Positions 54,969-57,185 of a stretch of DNA of 57,185 nt are shown piece by piece. The DNA comes from a virus (lineage: Duplodnaviria; Caudoviricetes). The notes under the pieces were generated by a model. It saw only the letters and a list, made by a program, of their open reading frames with translations, made no database searches and was not told the DNA's origin. How positions within the stretch are numbered: the stretch's first letter is position 1; each line of letters begins with the position of its first letter. The stretch spans positions 1-57,185 of the IMG/VR virus record IMGVR_UViG_3300037751_000127; one strand, given 5' to 3'. A program made the translations under genes and the position numbers.

Positions 54969-55340
54969 CTAGCTCAGCGACTTGTCGCTGAGCGCCTTCA
55001 GGTTCTCCCGCACATCCCCCGAAGCCTGACTCAACGCCTGACGCTGCGACGCCTTCACCTCTTCCAGAACCCGCGCACGTTCCTCGCTGACCGCAGCCTG
55101 AATGAGCCGCGACACCTGAACCTCGGTGAGCTTCCCCGACGCTCCGGGCGCGGTCCTGACCTGATACAGCTCCCCGTACGCCTTCAGCGCGCTGACAAGC
55201 ACTGCCAGCATTCCCGGCGTCGGCTCCATGTCGACGTGATCCTTGACGGCGTTGATCAGGTCCTTGTATTCCTGGCTGAGAAACTCCCGGGCTCGCAGGG
55301 ATCGGTCTTCGTGATCGGTGATCAGCTCGATGTCGTCCAT
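54969..55340 (-). CDS. hypothetical helical protein
   Basis: 123 aa ORF with coding-like codon bias. Confidence 0.6.
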   Translation of the reverse strand: MDDIELITDHEDRSLRAREFLSQEYKDLINAVKDHVDMEPTPGMLAVLVSALKAYGELYQVRTAPGASGKLTEVQVSRLIQAAVSEERARVLEEVKASQRQALSQASGDVRENLKALSDKSLS

Positions 55341-56230
55341 GCCTAGATCATGTCACTGAAGGTCGGGTACAACGTTGTGCACAATGCACTTGCCATCAAT
55401 AGCCTTAAATACTTTAATCGAAGGATGTCTGTATATCTCTGAATTTCCTGAGCTACCAATCAGTAACATAACTAAGACATCGATGCCATTATATATAGAA
55501 GGCAGTAAGATCAAGCAGGTCCATGCTCACTGATGGGGCTTCCCGACCTTCCTTGATCCACTGCGGGGAGGACTTGTTTGCCTGCTTCCTAGGATGCCGG
55601 GATGGGGTGGAGGGCTGGGGCTTGGTTGATTATCTACTTAGTTGATGATGTTGAGGCATATTGATGATCTTCGTTGATTGATGATGTTGAGCATTGATGA
55701 TCATGTTCGTGATCATGGCATGGATGCGGGCAGAGTCCTGCCTTGGTCTTCACTGCGGTCACGGGGTACCCGAGGTACGTGCCGTGCCTGAGGTACCAGA
55801 CTGCCGTGATCTTGGCTCAGCGTGGCTTACAGCGGGTTCGTGCTGGCCGTAGGCATCCATGCTGTCATCGCAGTCACGGCTACGGCAATGCCTCGAATCA
55901 ACGTGACCGTAAAGGCGATGCGGTCATGGCCGAACGGATGAGGTGCGCGAGGTGTATTTCGTGATGTGCTTGCGTCTCGTTGGTCATCGGGGCCGAACGC
56001 TCGCATAGGTGAGCGGTGAAGGAAAGGGGAGTAGCGGTGGGGATCTTCAATCGGGAGAAGCACGCGAAAGGGCATGACGGTTTTTCCGCTGGTTCACGGA
56101 CGACCGGCAAGCACAGCCCTACAGGCTGGACGCATAAGCGGGATGGGGACGGCGGGTCTTCCGCGCCGCTGAAGAAGGTCGCGGAGCCTGGCGGCTTCTT
56201 CGCTACGGGTCGCAAGCCGCGCGGTGACAA

Positions 56231-56719
56231 ATGATCAGCGACGCTGAGGTGATCTTGAATCGCTGTGGCCGTGAGGGCTGCGGTATCGTCGGGGTGCTGG
56301 TGGCACGACGTCAGCAGTATTTCATGGTCCGTGAGTTCGCGGGGTTGACGCCGTGCGAATTCCTTGCCGATCATGACATGTCGGAGTGGACGCGGGTTAC
56401 GATCTTGCGCGATGTGCTGATCTTGCGGGCACTCTGGACTGTCGGAAGATCCATTACGCCTGGACTGCTGAGCGATCCAACAGCGCACATCCTTGCCGAT
56501 AGCCTGGGTTGGCGTATTGGCGATGCCGCAATGATCGATTCCCTGCCGGACTGGCTACGCCTGACTAAGGGGTCGATTGATCTCTCATGGGAGGCTGTGA
56601 TCCTCGCCGCTCGGGTCGCGGAGGCTGTGCGCGATGACTGGCATGTTGGCCATGTGAATCATGTCCGTTGGGGACGCATTCACACATATCTACGTTTGTG
56701 GGCTGATCGAGTCCACTAG
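56231..56719 (+). CDS. hypothetical protein
   Basis: Coupled to upstream ORF 56016..56234; followed by a hairpin at 56735-56763. Confidence 0.45.
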   Translation: MISDAEVILNRCGREGCGIVGVLVARRQQYFMVREFAGLTPCEFLADHDMSEWTRVTILRDVLILRALWTVGRSITPGLLSDPTAHILADSLGWRIGDAAMIDSLPDWLRLTKGSIDLSWEAVILAARVAEAVRDDWHVGHVNHVRWGRIHTYLRLWADRVH

Positions 56720-56849
56720 GCGTAGTTGATCATGTTAGGGCAGTCTTCCGAGACTGCCCTAACAGTCGTGTTTTTCTGACCGAAAGTATGACTTGTGATC
56801 ATGTTTTTCCGGTTAGGCTGACGTAGTCAGCAATACGGAATGAAGGGAA

Positions 56850-57056
56850 ATGATCATGGATCTTCACGCGGCAGTCACGGCGTACGGCAAGATCGTTGCT
56901 CGGCTCACGGCATCAGAGGCGCACGAAGTTGAGACGGTACGGGCAGCCAAGATCGCGGCCGACATCACGGCCGGCATGGGCTACCTGGAGGCGAGGATAT
57001 CGGGACTGCGGTTCGCGCGGAGCTACGCGGAATCGATCATCTGGGACCGCGTCTAG
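56850..57056 (+). CDS. hypothetical protein
   Basis: AAGGG RBS; followed by a hairpin and T-tract at 57070-57102. Confidence 0.55.
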   Translation: MIMDLHAAVTAYGKIVARLTASEAHEVETVRAAKIAADITAGMGYLEARISGLRFARSYAESIIWDRV

Positions 57057-57185
57057 CATTTCATGATCTTCAGGGCTGCCCTACAGGGTGGCCCTGATTT
57101 TTGTTGTCTATTCAACTGTGAAGTCATGTAAGTGTGAGTGGTTAATCACTCCTTAGGAAAGTGCTGCCGGCACCGCAGAACCGGG

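Noticed and set aside
54969-55340. Terminase small subunit
   Set aside because: Size and helicity fit, but there is no motif and it lies 22 kb from the large subunit.

Overview
This window looks like most or all of a high-GC tailed (siphovirus-like) actinobacteriophage genome. The virion and lysis module runs on the minus strand (~10.0-33.0 kb): terminase, portal, MuF, protease, large and small capsid proteins, tail genes, tape measure, endolysin. Small early and regulatory genes (XRE HTHs, ParB-like protein, RusA) sit on the plus strand at 0.1-9.7 kb. A replication block lies at 47-52 kb (Cas4-like nuclease, SSB-like protein, primase-SF3 helicase). I recognised no integrase and no DNA polymerase. 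The standout region is 33.0-37.9 kb, where a Ro60/TROVE-vWA gene is flanked by ten copies of a Y-RNA-like scaffold: stem-GGUG(C)G...UACUUCA-[payload]-...UUGAACU-stem, with compensatory base changes between copies. The payloads differ. Five are circularly permuted YrlA-type tRNA mimics, one is a lone CAU anticodon hairpin, one is minimal and three are unrelated structured domains. Mixed in with the array are an antisense EndoVII-type nuclease, a 242-nt structured RNA, two real tRNAs and three tRNA mimics with defective anticodon arms. Elsewhere the genome encodes an RNA ligase, a HAD phosphatase, an SPFH protein, a second vWA protein and an Acb2/Tad1-like protein, which suggests an extensive RNA-repair and counter-defence toolkit. 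All calls come from reading motifs by eye; no database search was run.
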